Assembly (NCBI GenBank): GCA_023515725.1 | Contig: JALDTO010000288.1 | Span: 62,001 to 126,000, forward strand | Direction of reading: 5' to 3' | DNA: 64,000 nt | From: Amoeboaphelidium protococcarum X5 | Taxonomy: Eukaryota; Fungi; Aphelidiomycota | Part shown: piece after piece, positions 1-13,550 of the stretch | Numbering within the stretch: position 1 is the first letter of the stretch | How the letters are laid out: the number at the start of each line of letters is the position of its first letter | Notes under the pieces: model-generated | The model's database searches: none | What the model saw: the letters and a program-made list of their open reading frames with translations, nothing else | What the model was told of the DNA's origin: nothing | Program-made: the position numbers and the translations under genes

Positions 1-232
1 CTATCTTGCGGCTTTGTTATTATTACGATTTTTGATTCGCTTCGACTTCGCGCGCGTTTTCATCTTCTGAGCCGGTCCGATCTGTCACGCCGTCTGTGTT
101 AAGCCAGTTCTCCATCCATTTTAGATCTTCGACCTTTTGTATAGACTTGCTGATTAATCTAACACCATAATCTCGCTGGCCACCATCCTTACTGATTATT
201 TAAAATAGTTCCTTCGCATTAAGCATAGAAGG

Positions 233-1243
233 ATGTGGTAGATGTATTTATTGCTATTCTTCCTGTTACCCGTCAGTGTCGTGAAGTTGACACCCAAGAT
301 ACCTAATGCTTAACGAAAGTCATCCAAATTAAATGCCATGCTGCCTGAGAATACAAATCCGCTTCTATACAAGTCTATGCTGTTACTGAAATATGTTTTA
401 AAGTGCATCGTATTGGCTCAAATTTCTTTGATCACTAATCTTGCCACATTGGTGATGGGAGTTCCTTGCCGATTGGGCATTTTTGGTCTTCAGCCTGAGA
501 ATCTGAACAGTTACGCTGGGAAGTTGTATTACAATCTTTGTCGCGTATTATTAGATGTAAGGGTGCAAGTTGAAGGTGCAGAATTTCTTCCCAATGTAGA
601 AGAGAATCCGTCAGATAAGACAGTGCTGATTGCCAACCATTAATCTGTTCTTGACTTGATAACAATGGCGTCCATCTGGATTCCACGGTCTGTGGTTATA
701 ATCAAGGACGTTCTCAAGTATTATCCATTCTTTGGTTAGCATATGTGGTTGGCGGGTAACATTTTTATTCAGAGGCCTGGAAAGAAGTCTGCGCTGATTA
801 ATAGCACATTGTCGCTTGAAGAAGTGAAGGAACGCGCAAAGTTGGTAATGAATGAGGCAGCTCTGAAGATGGTGGGGAAGAATGTCAATATCTTTTTATT
901 TCCTGAGGGGACTCGGCACTCTTACAACGAACCACTTCCCAATTCTGATAGTAAACAAGTGCCGGATTTACCTCAGATGCTTCCGTTTAAGCGTGGCGCA
1001 TTCTAACTGGCTGCATCTGCTAAATGCTCTGTAACTCCTGTTGTAATTTCTGATTATACGCCAATATTCTCTTCATCCTTCTAAAGTGGATTTTGGTTCT
1101 ATGATGATGCTGTAATTAAGGTGCGCATTTTGAAACCAATACTTGTCGATGACTAAAATCTTGATAGTGTACGGTCTCAATGTCAGGACCTAATGCAGTC
1201 TAATCTTATAGAAATGAGCAGGCTGGATGAGAGTAGTAAATGA
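233..1243 (+). CDS. SLC1: 1-acyl-sn-glycerol-3-phosphate acyltransferase (PlsC/LPAAT family)
   Basis: Single frame from ATG233 to TGA1241 with TAR=Gln; motifs NH(TAA=Q)SVLD, FIQR, FPEGTR, PFKRGAF; hydrophobic N-terminus. Confidence 0.9.
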
Positions 1244-1421
1244 ATCCACAATATAAGTAAGATTTAACATTAAGTGATCTGTCTGCCTTTCTCTTTTCAT
1301 CAGACTCTCGCGTTTCATCAACTGACGACTTCTTTCTTTTTCTGTTTCAACTACTGTACACTCGACTGCTATTGAATTCACTCAATACTTTTAAACACAC
1401 TCTGCTACATTCTAACACGGT

Positions 1422-2451
1422 ATGCTAAAGGATAGTAAACGTGGAAGAAGTTCCAAATCATCCTTGCCTCCAGTTATGAACAATTCATTTGGAATGGACG
1501 CGTCCCCATCCCATCAGTAAGTCAACCTGCTGGTTTACCGTGTGATTTTGAGACTACATTATGTAGAAGTGATGAAATGGATGGTTTTATCAATGCAATT
1601 AAAGGTAAACACCGAATAACAGTTCTAATTCAAGTATATCATTTTTCTATGTTGTAGGCAAAATGAAGAAAAAGTACAACAGTATGTATGAGTAAATCCT
1701 GCATAATGTTGAGGATGTAATCTTATAATCTGTCCTATGTATATTATGTTCATCATCTTGATCCCCCGTCGTCTCGTGTAGAAATGCTCCGATCTTGAAA
1801 CAAAAGTTGAAACGTTTCTGAGTGGCAACAAGAATCAGTAGTAAGTTTTATCAATCGAGTCTAAAAGTATTTGATTAAATTGGTGATTCTTTCACTTGGT
1901 GTAGTAACTAAAAGATTTTCGAGTTCAACAAAAAGTACAAGGAACACGTAACGCGTAAATCTGAGTTTGTGAGTGCTCTGCGTGACACTTTCAGCGAGTA
2001 TCAATCGGATTTGGCAAAGCTGATCCAAACTGTTTCTCATCATCAACAGCAGCTGAAAGCTGACATCAAGGATGAGTTTAGCAAGGAGTATGCTGGTATT
2101 GAGCTGAATGCAGGCAATCAATATTCTGGTCTGGCGAATCAATTTGAAGAGCTGGGCACGTTGGATTTCGGGGATGTTCTGAATTGGTCTAAAGGCAAGC
2201 CAAGTGACCAACTATCTTTTGATCATCAAGATGACACTTTCGCCGCCAGAAGCAATGACCGCTCCAAGAAGAGACCCAAGACTAGTCACACGCAATTTGA
2301 AGAAACTTTGAGCTCTATCGATGAAGCGGAGGAGGATGAACAGGCCGATACAGACTTTGAAGTGAAGCAACAGCGTGCTAACAAGAGAAAGAAGAAGTCT
2401 CGTTACAATGAACTGAATCCTAAACGCGGTAAGAAGAAGACCACAATCTGA
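1422..2451 (+). CDS. Hypothetical multi-exon coiled-coil protein with basic C-terminal NLS-like tail
   Basis: ATG1422; probable GT..AG introns at about 1517-1566, 1604-1657, 1717-1780, 1841-1904; last exon open to TGA2449 with KRKKKS and KRGKKK. Exon structure is approximate. Confidence 0.5.
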
Positions 2452-2940
2452 TTCTGTTTTATCGATAATAATTTGTGAGGTGATAAGTTGAATTAGGAAT
2501 GTATTTACTGAAATCTAACCTCCGCCTGAAAGTGCACTACTTTATTTCAGTCAATGATAGACTTGAATCGCGGCAATACCTTTGAGAATGGTTACTGCAA
2601 ATCCAACGCGCCTAACTGATAGTAAGGTTCAATACCTTCCTCCTAACTTAGGATGCACCACTTTTTTAACAAATTTTTTTATTTTTAGCGTTCAGTACCT
2701 CAACAATCAATAGATAAAGCTAAATGTAACGTTAAAAGAACGTGATGTGACGCATGTAAACGAGTGCCTACTTTGAGGATCCTCAATGGTCAGAGTCGCA
2801 TCAGAGGTTACACCGAAAGTCACGAAGTGATACATATAACCACGGAATGACTTTCGCAGTTAAAGTATGAACTCTTTTCTTCTCTAAATAAATCCTAATA
2901 TATAATCAATTATAATTCTAGAAATTGAAAGTTTATAAAA

Positions 2941-3444
2941 ATGAAGTCTTACATTGCCGTTATTGCTCTGATCGCATCCGTGTCAACCATCTCTGCTACA
3001 AATGCTCCTGCTTATGGCGCGCCATAGCCTGCACCTGCACCTGCTCATGCCCCAGCACCAAGCTACAATCCATAGCCTGCACCGGCACCAGCTCATGCTC
3101 CTGCTCCTAGTTAAAAACACCCTGCGCCTGCTCCAGTTCCAGTCCCAGCTCCATCTCACGCGCCTGCACCGGCTTATGGCCAATAGGCTCCTGCAGTTAA
3201 GGATGACTGTAAGAATGGCACCGCTCCAGCTCATCCTTCTAATGCTACCAGCACCACCTCCTCCATCATCCCTACTGCTACTCCATAGGCATCATAGCAT
3301 CCAGCTCCTGCTCCAGCAAAAGACGTGAACAAGGGCGCATACATCGCTGGCCAGTCTACCAACGGTGCTGCTGAGCAGTTTGCTGGCGGTTTGCTTACTC
3401 TTTCCGCTTCCACTGCATTCACCTTGCTGATGTCTTTGGTCTGA
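2941..3444 (+). CDS. Secreted, probably GPI-anchored Pro/Ala-rich surface protein
   Basis: MKSYIAVIALIASVSTISA signal peptide, PAPAPAHAPAP repeats, S/T stretch, hydrophobic C-terminal tail (GGLLTLSASTAFTLLMSLV*). Confidence 0.8.
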
Positions 3445-3628
3445 GGAGTTGGCCGCATTGATATGTGTTTCTCAAATGAATGATTAGACACGATGATGAT
3501 TAAATTTTAATCAGTGCACTGCTTAAAACTGTTTTTTATATTCGTTTCTTTTTATTTTCGCGTCATAGATCCCACACTTGATCACACTCAGACAATCAAA
3601 TCAATTTATTGTTGTGCAGTTTATAAGT

Positions 3629-4534
3629 ATGAAAGTTGCAGTTGTTGGAGGCACAGGATTTGTAGGTAGACACATAGCGAACTTGTTAAAGCAGCGATAA
3701 ATACCTGTGGTGGTTATATCGAGATCAAAACAACAATCAAGCGCTATCAGTGGTATTAACCATGTACAATGGGATGTTGCAGATCCTCTAGGATCGAATA
3801 AACTCTCGGATAAAGACAGGGACTAGCTTAGAGACGTCACCTCAGTTGTTCATTGCGTTGGTAGTCTTCTTGATAATGCAAGTTATAAACAGGTACTTGG
3901 TAAGTAGTAGATGTCATCTCCATTTGACTCTTAATCTCCAGGGAGATCCACCATATTATAGTCAGGAGTCCGATTTGGTTAAACGCGATAATCATCATAG
4001 TCAGGTGCGTATCATAAGCTTAATAGAGAGAGTGTGAAGAATGTGTTACGTGCATTCCACAGCGATATTAAGGCTAGATAAATTGAGACTGTTGCCTACA
4101 TCTCCGCCAGTCGCAATTTGCTTCCGTTCCCGTTTAGAGATTGTTTACTATCTTCTGGTGAAGATTCTTATTTAAAATCAAAGTTGGATGCGGAAAAGTA
4201 CCTTATTGATGGCCGCATAGCTGGAGACGATGTTGATGATGATTCTAATAAGATGAACTACACGCGACTAATCTTCCGACCTGGCTTCATCTATGCGGAA
4301 GAGTAGACTTACACAATGCCCGTGGCAGCAACGTTCTCTGTGATGAATTGGGTGAAGAAGGACCTGCTTCCTACCAGCGTGTAATCAATTCTCCCTGCTG
4401 CAGTTGAGAAACCAGTTCATGTCCTCAAATTGGCCACTCAAGTTGTAGACGCGATCACTAATAATAAAGCTGACCATTTAGCTCCCGGCTCTGTGTCCAT
4501 ATTTGAAGGAGATTATAATAGAGTAGTGAACTGA
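3629..4534 (+). CDS. Atypical SDR / NAD(P)-binding epimerase-type protein, Coq11/NDUFA9-like
   Basis: MKVAVVGGTGFVG Rossmann motif, VVHCVG, YLKSKLDAE, IFRPGFIY; open to TGA4532. Confidence 0.75.
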
Positions 4535-4707
4535 TAAACTATAATTGGCGTCTATTGTAATCTTAACAAGCTGATTGCTGTCTTGCATAGTTTTAGTTGT
4601 TTTTTAATAATTGACTGAACGTTAGAATTACGATGTATGCCTCACAATAGTTACGCGTACGTTGTACAATCGTAATGGTCAGTCTGCTTCTTTTAAACTC
4701 TACTCGA

Positions 4708-4722
4708 CTCTCTCTCTCTCTC
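4708..4722. repeat. Short (CT)n microsatellite in intergenic region
   Basis: ctctctctctctctc visible in sequence. Confidence 0.5.
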
Positions 4723-5007
4723 AGTCTTTCGATCGCTTGTTCTTTTGAAAGTAATTACACTCTCGTACTCACTCTGAATTCCGCAGTTCAGTGCAGTACC
4801 GTGATAGGTGACGAGACACGATTTGAAACTGATCCTAAGTGGCCGAAACGAATTTCACGAAGCGCTTCTTCTTGTCGTTCTTTGTTCTGCACCACTTTAC
4901 TGAAGGAACTTCTTGGTCTTTCTTTTATCTTGCCGTACAGTATATAAAATCAATAAATAAGTATTATCTGAGCTTACATTTTAGTGCATTTTTATATCAG
5001 ACATTAA

Positions 5008-8000
5008 ATGACTCCGTTGAATAGTAATAATAATAAAGTTGGTTTAGATAGCTTAATCCCTGATCCAAAGCAGTAGTTGGCAGATTGGAAAACTAGTTGG
5101 CCAGGTGCGATCCATGATATTCTTCAGAAGTAGGCAGCGGAGAGGCCTAATTAGTATTTTATTGTTGAGAATAGAGATGGTGAAATCAAGAGTCTGACTT
5201 ACTCGTAGTTTGACAGTCTCACTACTTATCTGGCTTGTGCTCTGCTGTATAAAAAGTTGATAGTCCCTGGATCGGTAGTGGTGATCTACGCTGATCGATC
5301 TATTGATCTGGCCGTGTCCATATTGGCAGTCCTCAAAGCTGGGTGTACATTTAGTGTTATTGATCCGGCATATCCTCCTGATAGATAGCTGGTATATCTT
5401 GGTGTTGCCAAGCCAAAAGGTTTAGTTCTGCTGAGAGGAGCTGGTCAGTTGCATCAGGCTGTAGACGATTGGGTCAAGGATCCGCTGAATGGTATCCATC
5501 TTACTATCGAAGGCTTGTTTTGTGACTTTGAGTCAACCGGTAAGGAACCATGTAGACTTGGATATGTCGCCTCTGAGCACATGAAATAGTTCAATACCGT
5601 CTATTAATAGGATCCTCACTCATTCAAGTTGCCTACTGTTGGGCCAGATTCGGTGGCAACTCTATCGTTCACATCTGGCTCTTCAGGGATCCCGAAAGGT
5701 GTTCGTGGGAGACATTACTCTCTCACTCATTTCTATCCATGGATGGGCAAGAAGTTTGGGTTGGGAGAGAAGGATGTTTTCACCATGCTGAGTGGTATTG
5801 CGCATGATCCTATTCAGAGAGATATCTTCACCCCAATATTCTTTGGGGCAGTGCTGTATGTGCCTCATGCGGATGATATCCATAATCCGGGTCAACTTGC
5901 TCAGTGGATGTCTCAGCCATTTAGTAACTGCAAGAATTATACTGAGAGTGATATTTAGAAGTTTGGTCCATGTACAGTTACGCATCTGACACCGGCGATG
6001 GGTTAGATTTTGACGTTGAATGCCACGACTCAAGTCCAGGGGCTGAAGAATGCCTTCTTTGTAGGTGACATTCTGACTAAAAGAGATGTGTGTAGGCTGC
6101 AGCAGCTTTGTCCAAATGCAGCCATCATAAATATGTATGGTACTACAGAGACTCAGCGTGCGGTTTCTTACTTTGTTATTCCACCTCGATCTCAGCCTGG
6201 CAATTAGGAGTTTTTAGATTCTGAGCAAGATGTGATGCCTGTTGGAGTTGGTATGAACGGAGTACAACTTGTATTACTCAATCCAAATGGTCAAGTGTGC
6301 AAGATTGATGAAGTTGGCGAGATTTATGTTCGCAGTCTTGGCCTGGCTGAAGGATACTTGGAACTTCCTTAAGATAATGCTAAAAAGTTTATCTTTAATC
6401 CGTTCACCACCGCTGAATATGATTAAACATAGCAATAATATATTGAAGAGAGAGATGCGTTTGGAAATTGCATTAAACGTCCTTTAGATCTTGGATCTCG
6501 CGATAGAATGTATAGAACAGGTGATCTTGGACGTTACAGACCAGATGGTATTGTGTAATGCTGTGGTAGAGCTGATGATTAGGTGAAGATAAGAGGATTT
6601 AGAATTGAGTTGAAAGAAATAGACACACATCTTAGCCAGCATCCTGTAATTAGAGATAATGTAACGTGTGTGAAGAGAGATGCTTATGAGGAAAAGATTT
6701 TGATTGCCTATTTTGTGCCTAGTACTGATTATGACGAGGGAAGTGTTCACAAGATGGTCGATGACATTAGACAATATCTAAAGACTAAAGTGGCATCTTA
6801 CGCAGTACCAAAGCTATTTGTTCCTATGAAGAGATTGCCTCTTACTCCTAATGGTAAAGTTGATAAAAATGCACTCCCATTCCCTGATGCTGCAATGCTA
6901 GGCAGTCAGGCTGTATATCTGGACGAAGAGTTGACAGACATTCAGGTAAAGCTCTAGGAAATTTGGTCCAAGTTGTTATTTGGCTCAGCAAGTTCAGGTC
7001 AAATCGCCACTGTATAAAAGATTGGTATTTAGTAGAATTTTTATGATGCAGGTGGTCACTCTATTTTGGCGACGAGATTAATATTTGAGATGAGAGTAAA
7101 GTTTGAAATGTCCAGTGAACAGTTGCCTCTAAATTTACTTGTAAAGTGTCCCACCATCGAACTAATGGCAGTGGAGATTGAGAGACAGCAGGCTTTGCAG
7201 GCTAGCTGTACATCTCCGCTATCCTCATAGTAGATTCATTAGTTGGAGTCGATTGATTGGAGTTAAGAATTGGTGCTTCCTGATGACATTCGACCTCAGA
7301 CTGGATAACCATGCGCCTTTGATATTCCGTAGTTGATTGATTCCGGCACTGCTCAGTTTAAACCAAAGTCTGTACTTTTAACTGGTGTCACTGGATTTTT
7401 AGGTGCATTCATATTATAGTCGACACTATAGCGTTTACCAGAGTGTGCTGTGTACTGCCTGGTGAGATCTAAATCTATTGATGAAGGGCGTGATAGAGTC
7501 ACAAAAAATATGATTGCGCATCAGCTATGGACTTAGGACAATGTTAGTAGTTATTAGAGCCGTATCAAGATTGTCGTTGGTGATTTGGCTAGACCACATT
7601 TCGGAATTACACATCTGGATGGCGTAGATTCTTAGTCATCTTCTTCTGAAGACGCTTTCCGTTAGCTCGCCACTAAGATTGATTGTATCCTCCATAACGG
7701 AGCTCTGGTTCACTGGGTGTATCCTTATGCTAAGCTGAAGGCTGCCAATGTCGGAGGTACTATTGAAGCTATGCGGCTTTCAGTTACCGGAGACAAGATG
7801 AAGCCGCTAGTATTCGTGTCCAGTACATCTGTATTGGATTCTCCTGGATATATAGACTCTTCTACCGCTGCCGTGATGGAATCTGATGATCTTGAAAAGA
7901 GTCGTCATGGACTTACCGGCGGCTACGGTCAGAGTAAATGGGTTGCAGAGAAATTGTTGATGGAAGCAAAGAGACGTGGTCTTCCTGTTAGCATTGTCCG

Positions 8001-8655
8001 ACCAGGATACATTTTAGGTGATTCCAAGAGTGGAGTAACTAATTCTGATGATTTCTTGTGGAGATTGATCAAGGGAAGTTTACAGTTGAAGATGGCCCCT
8101 CAGATTGAGAATGCAGTTGTGAATGCATGCCCTGTTGACTTTGTGGCTGATTGCTGCGTATAGCTACTGGTTAAAGGTAAATCTGGATTCAAGAAATAGG
8201 TGTACCATGTATGGAATGACTAGAAAGTGCAGTTGGTTGAACTATTCAAATCGCTGCATCAATTCGGCTATTCCATCAAGGATCAAGTGCAACTTGTTGA
8301 TTACGAACAGTGGAGATCTGAATTGACCAAAGCTGTGCAGGCGGGTGAGGAAAATGAACTGTTTCCTCTATTGCACATGGTATTGGATGATTTGCCTGGT
8401 GCAATGAAATCGGCTGAACTTGATGCCAGTAATCTGCGGGAACTTGTCTCCGGTTCAGGGATTTAATTCTGCAATTTGGTCAGACGTTAGTAGTAGGATC
8501 TTGCTGGTGTTAATGTATTCTCAGTGTCTAACAGTGATTCTTGTCTCATGGATAAGTATCTGCACTATTTGTGTGAGGTTGACTATCTGCCCGCTCCTCC
8601 TGGTAAAAGTATTACAAAGCGCAACAATGTTCTCATCAAGAGATCTGGTCATTGA
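5008..8655 (+). CDS. LYS2: L-alpha-aminoadipate reductase (NRPS-like A-T-R)
   Basis: One intronless frame of about 1215 aa; A-domain [50 protein letters not shown](TAG=Q)[15 protein letters not shown]; T-domain [11 protein letters not shown]; R-domain [19 protein letters not shown]. Confidence 0.95.
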
Positions 8656-8823
8656 CGCTCTGCGCTTTGTAAAAGCTTTTAATAGTGTATTTCGTACCAT
8701 TACAGTAAATGTAACATTTCTTTATTTCAAGAGTTTGTTCGTTTTCTAGTTGACGTTCAGTATAACCACCTTTTCTATATTTCATTTGATCGAATCGAAC
8801 CATTTTAACGATTATACACAAAG

Positions 8824-10080
8824 ATGACGTTGAAATTGATCAGCGTCAATAGAGACTAGGCGCATGAATGTCATAAGGCTAACCATGAAGAGTGGGGAGT
8901 ACCGCTGACGGTTGAATAATATCTGCGTCGTGAGGTTGTACTTTCAGAGTGTCGGTTCGCCAAGGACAATATCACCTATTATGTGCTCATTGATGATCAA
9001 GATCCCGCCAAGTTCTTATGCCATTGTGAAGCGTATAAACGCCCGGCGCGCGTATACAAGAGTGAAAGTGAGTACGTGGAGGTGTAATGTGCTTCCATTG
9101 CAAGTGTCTTCACTCCTAAATATCATAGAGGCCGCGGCTATGCTTCCAAGATGATCGGTCTAATTGCTGAAGATCTAAAGCAGCGTGGATTCTAATTTAG
9201 CACTCTGTTCAGTGATATTGGATGCCAATTCTACGCCAAGCTAGGATGGACCCCCTATTCTTCTTTGCAACTGCGGCTTGATGTTAAAGAACTAATACAA
9301 TCTAAGTGGTCCTAGGATGCTGTAGCTGTTTAACTGAATGGAGACTCTGTCAGAGTGAAGGTGGTCACTGATGAGTTATTGGACGCGTTAGAAGCATTTG
9401 AATTGTCGGATCAATGTCTAGGCGAGGATTTGAGGCATGAGTATAATAAGCAGTCATAGTCGGATATGAATGTGGAATAGTAGATGTTGGTTGTTCTGCC
9501 TAGTGCCGATACTTGGCGTTGGTTCCGCACCAGGTCAGATTTTTACGTTGAACATTTGTACAAGGACATTTCCAAGCAGTATCCACTAGGCCATTTCGTT
9601 CTGGGTAATGAAATGTTTGATGTCAATGCGCCAATCTCCCCTACGATGATATCCAGTTATATGTTGTACTTTTTTGATTTCAGATGGAGAACCATGTACG
9701 TGATGAGGTGCCGATTTTCATCTTAAGCTGATGCTGGAATATTGTGGAAATAACTACTCCTGGTTGCCCGTGAGTATAGTGGACAAATTGATGATGTTGT
9801 ATTCTGGAATCCGCCAGATATATTGATAGATACCGTCTACTTTAGTAAAGATGATGACGTGAAATCGACTGACGTTTCGGGCTCAAAATATGGTCCTATG
9901 GATAAATGTGATGTGTTGCAAGATCCCATCAAGTTGTCACCCACTGGTGTCTATCTTGAGTACCGTGAAAAAGATTCTATTCCATCCTGTAATTGGCTAA
10001 ACTCATAGCACGATGCATAAGGTACTCAGCAGTATCAAAACATGAAATGGATCTAAAACTTCAAAGATGGCTGGGTGTGA
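8824..10080 (+). CDS. GNAT acetyltransferase, LYC1 (lysine N6-acetyltransferase)-like
   Basis: WGVPLTVEQYLRRE, CHCEAY, IASVFTPKYHRGRGYAS (acetyl-CoA binding loop), LFSDIG..FYAKLGW; ends KWIQNFKDGWV*. Confidence 0.75.
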
Positions 10081-10157
10081 CCAAATAATTCAACAAGAAT
10101 GACTCCTTTTTAATAGATTATTATTAGTTCTATTAAACAATAAATCATAATTATGCA

Positions 10158-11942
10158 TCAGTTTAAAATTGATTTCCCGTATCCACTGTCTTGAGATTTA
10201 ACTTGTCCGAGGTGAGCCGCCATATCACAAAGTTGATCCTCGTGATGCCAAATGATCTTGGTCAATCGTGCCACTAACCGGTTCAAAGCCAAGTTCTTTG
10301 TAGTCAAATCTTCACATTAACTTTTATACTTATCCGCAGCCTCAGCTTCAATCGATTTCAATCGCTCAACTTCATAAAACAGTTATCGTCGCTGTTGAGC
10401 AACTTGCGCCAGTTGTTAACACACTTGGATGTACTGCTGCTTATAATCATCATCTTCCTAACCCGCAAACTACTCTAATTATTACATAGACTGACGCTCT
10501 TCCAACTACAACTCTAGTTTTCTACATTACTTTTTTAGCTAATCGTTGTGCGATTAAAGTTGACTGATATTGATGGAATTATCCACAAGATCTGTCTGAC
10601 ATTACGCGTCAGTTTAATTATCAGTCTTAGCACTATGATCACTTTATGGAGACTTCCACCGCGACAATTCATCATTATGAGCAGAGAGCTCTGAGATCTA
10701 ATCTTGCAACTACTACATTTACACTGTCTTGGTCTCTAATATAGAATTCAACTCACTCAGCTTGATTTACGTATCATCGTCGGAGCATTAAATTCCAATT
10801 TCGCGACTTTGAATTGCAACTGTGATAGTAGACTTCTCCACAGTTGCAGCTGGTTTTATTTATACAGCCTTCTCCATTTATTCATTTAATTGCCTCTGAA
10901 GATTCAGTACTTGTTCATTTAAAGCATTAATATTATCCCTCAATTATAACGACTCTTGATTTTTAATCTTGACTTGCTCCTGACTGGTTGTCAACTGATC
11001 TTATAGATGATCAATGGTTTTGCGATGCTCGATCTCTATAACATTCAACTCTTGGGTATACGTGTCATTCTACAGGATAAGCTTTTAGTGAATGTCATCC
11101 CTCTCCTCTGTAAGATGATTGATACGATCCTAAAGAGCGGCATTCTAGTTCTATAGCAATAAATTTTACGCATCAGCTTCGATCAACTTGTTACTGTATT
11201 CTTCAATCTCAACCAAAGCTTAATTGAGCTAAATCTGAATCGAATTCTACTGTCCTAGCTATTGCGCGTCTACATCATCTGTCTATTCCATAAACTATTG
11301 TCGGATAGCAGTGTTCATAGAATTAGCCTTCGGAATCAGAGATTACGTCAAAAAATTTTTACCATATCTTTCAGCATCGTGACCCACATCGGAATACTCA
11401 AAATCCTCATCCTCAACAATAATCTCTCGTTGTAAGCTTTAGATTGGTAATTAACGCTCAGTAGCTCCTTGTTCCGATTTATCATAGGCAGTTTCCAAAC
11501 TTCTGAGAGACTCATTTCTAACTCTATCATAAGATTAAATCAAGTCTCGTCCTACTCCCTATTCTAAACTATATACATCATCTTACAGATCATCCTGACC
11601 ACTCTAATCTTCAGATACACGGCGAGTGGGAGACAAAGCATTCATAGTCTAAGTGGTGATGTTCTAATACTCACTTAACCGCTCCTAGCTAGTCAACATT
11701 GGCTCATTAAGCGAGTCAGCACTTAAATTGAGTCTATCATGCTAATAATTATTTAGAAAATCCTATTAATCTTAATCAACTTGGAACTGTTGATCAACCC
11801 CAGTGGCTGAAACAATGGACGTTTGGCTACCGTCAATGTCATTTTAACTGCCATTTAGACTTGCAGTGGATTTTCGCTTTTTATACTTTTCCAGTAGTGC
11901 TTTACCTAAATTGATCTTGCTATCTCTCTAAAGTTCCGTCAT
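10158..11942 (-). CDS. Long Q/E-rich coiled-coil protein, golgin/GM130- or pericentrin-like N-terminus
   Basis: Start (MTELQRDSKINLGKALLEKYKKRK) and TGA at 10158-10160 are in the same frame; both ends read open with TAR=Gln, middle not fully checked. Confidence 0.6.
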
Positions 11943-12119
11943 AGTGATAATTTAAAAGTCTGACTGCAAGTTGAAATGATAGCATTGTTACTACTGACTG
12001 AGATGTTACCGAATTAAATTTCAAAGCTGATCAAACAGTTCCCATTCACCTTGGTAACTAACCACTAAAACTAAAAACATTTTAAGAACGCGACCTGTAT
12101 CTTTATTATTAACAAACGA

Positions 12120-13295
12120 TCATGAATCTGATTGAACATTATTCGTGTCAGAGTCAGCTGAGTTTTATTATTAACTTTAATCTCTTGTCCGCGACCGTAT
12201 GTGTTCTTATCCGCCGTATTTGTCCAGGAGACTCTTCTTGATGCGAGGCGAGGCGTTGTCCTCCTTCTTTGTCTTTGTACTCGTCTCTGAAACAGATTAC
12301 TACTTCTCCCTGTGCATCTTCTCAGTGAGAGTCGGATCGCCCATGAGACTGAACTTCACGTCGCCATTATTCCGCTTCGTCACATCCCACGCGAACGTTA
12401 AAACCTCAGTCAACTTGGTCGTGTCATCAGACTGGCGAACAAAATTATCGCCAATGAACGAAGTGTCCACTTGTTTACCCTTGAGAAAAGTCTGTGGTTG
12501 CGGATCATCAAACATTGATCTAGTCTTGGGATTATATCGAGCACTCTCGCTGCGTATATTAAGCAAGTACTTGGCAGTGTCTTCACGAATACGCAGTGAT
12601 TTGGACTTCATCTCCACGTCATCAGGATCATACTGATACTCGGCGCGCTCATCATCTTGCTCAGTGTCACTCAGTATATCAAGATCGCTGTCATCTTCAT
12701 CTCCATCTGCTTTGCTATTATTCTTCTTCTTCTACAGAGCTTATTCTATTTATTATTATTTCAACTGTCTCTTAGCCTCCTCAATCGCCTCCCACTCTTT
12801 AATACGTTCCATTTACTGAGCAGGATCATAATCTCGCCATCTATCTCGCTTCTCATCGTATGATACTTGAACTTTATCTTCATCATTATTATCTCCGGAT
12901 GCTTATTCATCATCTCTTTCACCTAGAGTAGAGGCATTTTTATTCATTTGAGGCTTCAGAGTCTAGAAGCTAACATCCTAGATTTTAGCATTCATCTTGC
13001 GCGGGCGCTCCACACAATCTTTAGTCGCATGATCCATAGAGCCACAATTTTCACAGCTGCCTGCCTTAAATTTAGTCTTAATTACCACCGTTTCCAATTA
13101 ATTCTATGCACCATCCTATGATTACTAAGGTCTGGATTGAGAGATCTAATCAGTCAGAGATATGACACGCTTCTTTTCCAAATCCTTCTAGTGAAAAGTG
13201 GAATCAATCTCATTCTCCATATACCATGGGGCGTTAGTGATAAATTCTGGTACATTAATCTTTGAGCCATGGGCCCTCCTCCTTTTAAAAGACAT
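12120..13295 (-). CDS. SLU7: Pre-mRNA splicing factor Slu7
   Basis: [10 protein letters not shown], zinc knuckle [59 protein letters not shown]. Confidence 0.92.
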
Positions 13296-13550
13296 ATCTA
13301 TAATTTTATTGGAATGATGTTTATCACAGTCTTCTCTGTGTGGTAAATCGTCTCGGTGTCCTAATGAGTGTGATCTTCAAATTGAACGAAGAATAACTCC
13401 CCTGGCCGCGTTGTCTTCGTGGCATGAATTGCGTATAAAGTTTTCAATATATTGTTGATAGTAGTTCATAAAGATCTAGTGGCGACAGATTATTGAGCAA
13501 TAAAATTCTAAATTATTTCTCAGTCATTCGTTTAAAATCCAGTAACTCCT

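Noticed and set aside
4675-4947. ORF in frame with LYS2 as its missing N-terminal domain
   Set aside because: Separated by in-frame TGA at 4969, contains a CT microsatellite, too short and not domain-like
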